DNA of 64,000 nucleotides from positions 1,231 to 65,230 of IMG/VR virus record IMGVR_UViG_3300032288_005833; one strand, given 5' to 3'. A program made the position numbers and the translations under genes. The notes below the pieces were generated by a model. That model was not told the origin of the DNA and searched no databases. It saw nothing but the letters and a program-made list of their open reading frames with translations. This DNA is from a virus. Lineage: Duplodnaviria; Caudoviricetes. This document shows, piece after piece, positions 61,634 through 64,000 of the stretch (positions within the stretch are counted from its first letter, which is position 1; every line of letters starts with the position of its first letter).

Positions 61634-61655
61634 GTGGAGCTAACTTTAACCTTTT

Positions 61656-61665
61656 GAATATATAA
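61656..61665 (+). promoter_or_regulatory. late-promoter-like motif GAATATATAA
   Basis: after the terminator, before the ATG at 61683. Confidence 0.65.
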
Positions 61666-61682
61666 AGAAAAAGAACATCTAA

Positions 61683-62222
61683 ATGAGATTCATTAAAGAT
61701 TTTAAAAACTACAGGATAAACGAAGATGCTGGATACGGCAACGATTATTTTGTGGATCAAAAGGTTGAAAAATCCCAATACTATTTTTTTAAGGTAGGCG
61801 AGGGTGATAACGAAACGGGAGTAATTGTTAAAATTGGAAAATTTGCAAAATCTGCTATTATTTCTGAGAACGAAAAAAGCTATGGCGTAATTCATATTGA
61901 GCCAATCAATGTTGATGATATGGACGATTACTTAGTTAATGATAGCGAGTACAGATCAAGAGAGGATGAAAAATTCTCTATTCCTAGTGATCTATTAGCT
62001 CAAACCTTTGACATCATCGAAAAGGCAATGGATAACTATTTAGAGAAGAATCCTAAGGTAACTAAGTTTTATGATGAAATGCTGGAAAATTTAGAAATGA
62101 CCCCAGAAGAATACACAAGCTTTGTTACACCTAAGATCGAAGATTGGTCAGAAGGAAGATGGAGCGTTCAATCTGGATCCACACAAAGTGTTTTAATCTA
62201 CATGAAAACATCGCATGAGTAA
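61683..62222 (+). CDS. acidic hypothetical protein, possible internal head protein
   Basis: MRFIKDFKNYRINE leader. Confidence 0.65.
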   Translation: MRFIKDFKNYRINEDAGYGNDYFVDQKVEKSQYYFFKVGEGDNETGVIVKIGKFAKSAIISENEKSYGVIHIEPINVDDMDDYLVNDSEYRSREDEKFSIPSDLLAQTFDIIEKAMDNYLEKNPKVTKFYDEMLENLEMTPEEYTSFVTPKIEDWSEGRWSVQSGSTQSVLIYMKTSHE

Positions 62223-62532
62223 TTTAAAGAGATATAGCGAATTTATCAATGAGTCATTAACTCCTGTCATGTACATGAGTGTTAAGAATCCTCTTAAGAA
62301 TTCTGTTGTTAAATTCCTGTATGAAAAGGATAAAGCAACCAGGAAAGAAATACTGGAATTTGCTGCTACCCTCGGTGAAAGCGGGCAATCCGTCGATAGA
62401 AGATGGATCTCTAGAAATAAGCAATTGATTAAATGTATTGTTTCTGAGGAGGGCCCAAATCACTATGCCCTAACAAAATTAGGGAAAAGATTTGCTAAAA
62501 GCCTCATAGTTAATGAAACTAAAGGGCTATAG
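62215..62532 (+). CDS. small winged-helix-like protein, possible internal head protein
   Basis: MSNLKRYSEFINE leader; ATRKEILEF...YALTKLGKRF wing motif. Confidence 0.6.
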   Translation: MSNLKRYSEFINESLTPVMYMSVKNPLKNSVVKFLYEKDKATRKEILEFAATLGESGQSVDRRWISRNKQLIKCIVSEEGPNHYALTKLGKRFAKSLIVNETKGL

Positions 62533-62558
62533 TCAATATAATTAATAAATATTTTTTT

Positions 62559-62741
62559 ATGGAAAGCTACGAAAAACTAGTTGCACTCTTAGAGTCAATG
62601 AAAGAAAACGTTGAAAAATTCTTCGTTAAAGGCAATAAATCAGCCGGAACAAGAGTTAGAACACAAGCTCAGGAAATCAAAAAATTAGCACAAGAACTTC
62701 GTTTAGATGTTCAGAATGCTAAAAAGACAACCGAGCAATAA
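62559..62741 (+). CDS. histone H1-like (Hc1-family) nucleoid protein
   Basis: KFFVKGNKSAGTRVRTQAQEIKKLAQELR is the Hc1-family signature. Confidence 0.8.
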   Translation: MESYEKLVALLESMKENVEKFFVKGNKSAGTRVRTQAQEIKKLAQELRLDVQNAKKTTEQ

Positions 62742-62754
62742 GATAAAACTTCTG

Positions 62755-62779
62755 AAGCCAGCCTTAGGGCTGGTTTTTT
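62755..62779 (+). terminator. Rho-independent terminator
   Basis: AAGCCAGCC-TTAG-GGCTGGTTT followed by Ts. Confidence 0.85.
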
Positions 62780-62831
62780 GTGCTCTTTAGTTATGATCTT
62801 TGAAACAACTTGACAAGTTTTCACTTTAATC

Positions 62832-62840
62832 GATATATAA
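62832..62840 (+). promoter_or_regulatory. late-promoter-like motif GATATATAA
   Basis: before the ATG at 62852. Confidence 0.55.
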
Positions 62841-62851
62841 AACAATAAATT

Positions 62852-63070
62852 ATGGCTTATTATCAATGTAAAGTAACGTTTGATTCTGGTGAAACAAACA
62901 AACAAGGAAAACCAATGATCACTAAAACAGCGATGCTAGTAGAGGCTACGGGAGTAACTGAAGCAGAAGCTAGAATCACAGATCATTTAAAATCCGATAT
63001 CATGGAATTTGAAGTGACTTCGGTTTCTTTGTCTAACATCGAATCGGTGTTGCAAGAAAAACAAAAGTAA
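62852..63070 (+). CDS. DUF4494-like protein
   Basis: YYQCKV...MLVEATGVTEAEARI...EFEVTSVSLSNI resembles the Bacteroidota DUF4494 family. Confidence 0.7.
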   Translation: MAYYQCKVTFDSGETNKQGKPMITKTAMLVEATGVTEAEARITDHLKSDIMEFEVTSVSLSNIESVLQEKQK

Positions 63071-63073
63071 AAA

Positions 63074-63274
63074 ATGAAAAACCCTAAATCTCCTGTAGAC
63101 GAAAACAAGAAAGACGGAGGCCAAGCAGATCTCTCAAATTACGAAGTTCCTGATAGCCCGGTTAAAATACCAGACAATGATACTGGATTTGCTCTTGTCA
63201 AAAAAAACTACAGGAGATTTATTTGGACAATGGACGAGCATTCTAAGAAAAGAGTTTCTGGTAAAGATAAATAG
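63074..63274 (+). CDS. hypothetical protein
   Basis: 66 aa, operonic spacing. Confidence 0.55.
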   Translation: MKNPKSPVDENKKDGGQADLSNYEVPDSPVKIPDNDTGFALVKKNYRRFIWTMDEHSKKRVSGKDK

Positions 63275-63291
63275 TTATATTAACACGAACT

Positions 63292-63645
63292 ATGCTTAGC
63301 GAGAAATCTCTTTCCAGAACCCAACAAAGACTATTCGGTCAGGCATATGGTGTAAAGATCTGGAAAAAAACCCACGGCAAGAAAGGTATAAATCCCACAG
63401 ATATTAATCCGAAGTATAAGGAAGAGATAACAAATTTGGCTAATAGCATGTCCTTAGCTAAGCTAAAAGAATTTGCTGAGACAAAACATAAGAAGCTACC
63501 AGAAGAGGTAGAAGAGGGTGTAATAAAAGACATCTACTATCGTTTAAGTCCTGATGCCCAATATGATTCTTCAAAAGAGAAATCAAGAAGACCAGGTAAT
63601 CTAGCAGATTATAGAGAATTTGTAAAAAAGAATAAAAGTAAATAA
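63292..63645 (+). CDS. DUF3008-like small basic protein
   Basis: KSLSRTQQRLFGQA...SMSLAKLKEFAETKHKKLPE. Confidence 0.65.
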   Translation: MLSEKSLSRTQQRLFGQAYGVKIWKKTHGKKGINPTDINPKYKEEITNLANSMSLAKLKEFAETKHKKLPEEVEEGVIKDIYYRLSPDAQYDSSKEKSRRPGNLADYREFVKKNKSK

Positions 63646-63646
63646 T

Positions 63647-64000
63647 ATGGCAGACCAAAAGATTAACGAAGGATGTGGTTGCGGAGGTGGTGGTTCTTCT
63701 ACCCCACAGCCATCATACACAGTGACTCGTGAAGCTGATCCTGCAGTTGGAAAACAAGCTTCATTATTAGATGGAAGAAGTGGAACAATTAATGACTCTA
63801 TTAGAAATTCAAGAGGTGAAGTTATAGGATATGTTCTAAATAACACAAATGGCTCTTTTAGAGTTTTTAAAGATAAAGTAACTAATATCTATGAGAGTGA
63901 AGGTGCAATGGCTTCTTTAGATGCTACCCCTGGTATGGGAGAGGTTGCACCGCCAACAAGAGATTCAGTAGGATCTGGTGATGTATTTCCTTCTTTAACC
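63647..64000 (+). CDS. hypothetical protein, 3'-truncated (not in the supplied ORF track)
   Basis: ATG at 63647, frame open to the window end: MADQKINEGCGCGGGG...ATPGMGEVAPPT...GSGD. Confidence 0.7.
   Translation, partial: MADQKINEGCGCGGGGSSTPQPSYTVTREADPAVGKQASLLDGRSGTINDSIRNSRGEVIGYVLNNTNGSFRVFKDKVTNIYESEGAMASLDATPGMGEVAPPTRDSVGSGDVFPSLT

Noticed and set aside
62810-62840. Sigma70-type TTGACA promoter before the DUF4494-like gene
   Set aside because: The only such case noticed, with poor spacing to a -10 box; better explained by the two phage motifs that overlap here
1-64000. Stop-codon reassignment, as in some large phages
   Set aside because: Genes up to 8 kb are intact in code 11, and TAA, TAG and TGA all end genes at sensible boundaries
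1-64000. tRNA, rRNA, structured ncRNA, integrase or transposase
   Set aside because: Intergenic gaps are mostly under 100 nt and I saw no cloverleaf or mobile-element signatures; a covariance-model search was not possible

Overview
AT-rich, gene-dense 64 kb segment of a large T4-like (jumbo) myophage genome, almost all on the + strand and readable with the standard code. The host is probably Bacteroidota, inferred from Hc1/histone-H1-like and DUF4494-like genes, Reg_prop propellers and A-rich, mostly SD-less starts. Layout: 3' end of gmd, a Nudix and small genes (1-2.9 kb); a baseplate/neck/tail-structure block (gp53-, gp5-, gp13-, gp25-, gp6-like genes and several 1.2-2.7 kaa virion proteins) with a ribosomal-S1-like gene, an amidoligase and an inverted phoH inside it (2.9-41.5 kb); a fibre module of Pro/Thr-repeat, poly-Gly-tailed proteins with a Pol-beta-type nucleotidyltransferase and a Hint-domain protein (41.5-49.2 kb); a replication/recombination block (RuvC-like, gp32, primase, UvsY, UvsW; 49.8-54.8 kb); and a cluster of proteins with T4-type capsid-targeting-like N-termini, including a ligase/nucleotidyltransferase fusion and a split metallopeptidase-vWA plus MoxR AAA+ module (54.8-64 kb). 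A recurrent (G/A)ATATATAA late-promoter-like motif precedes many genes. The best candidates for a new system are (i) the Hint/poly-Gly fibre module and (ii) the putatively packaged and injected peptidase-vWA-AAA cluster. All calls come from reading motifs by eye; no searches were run.
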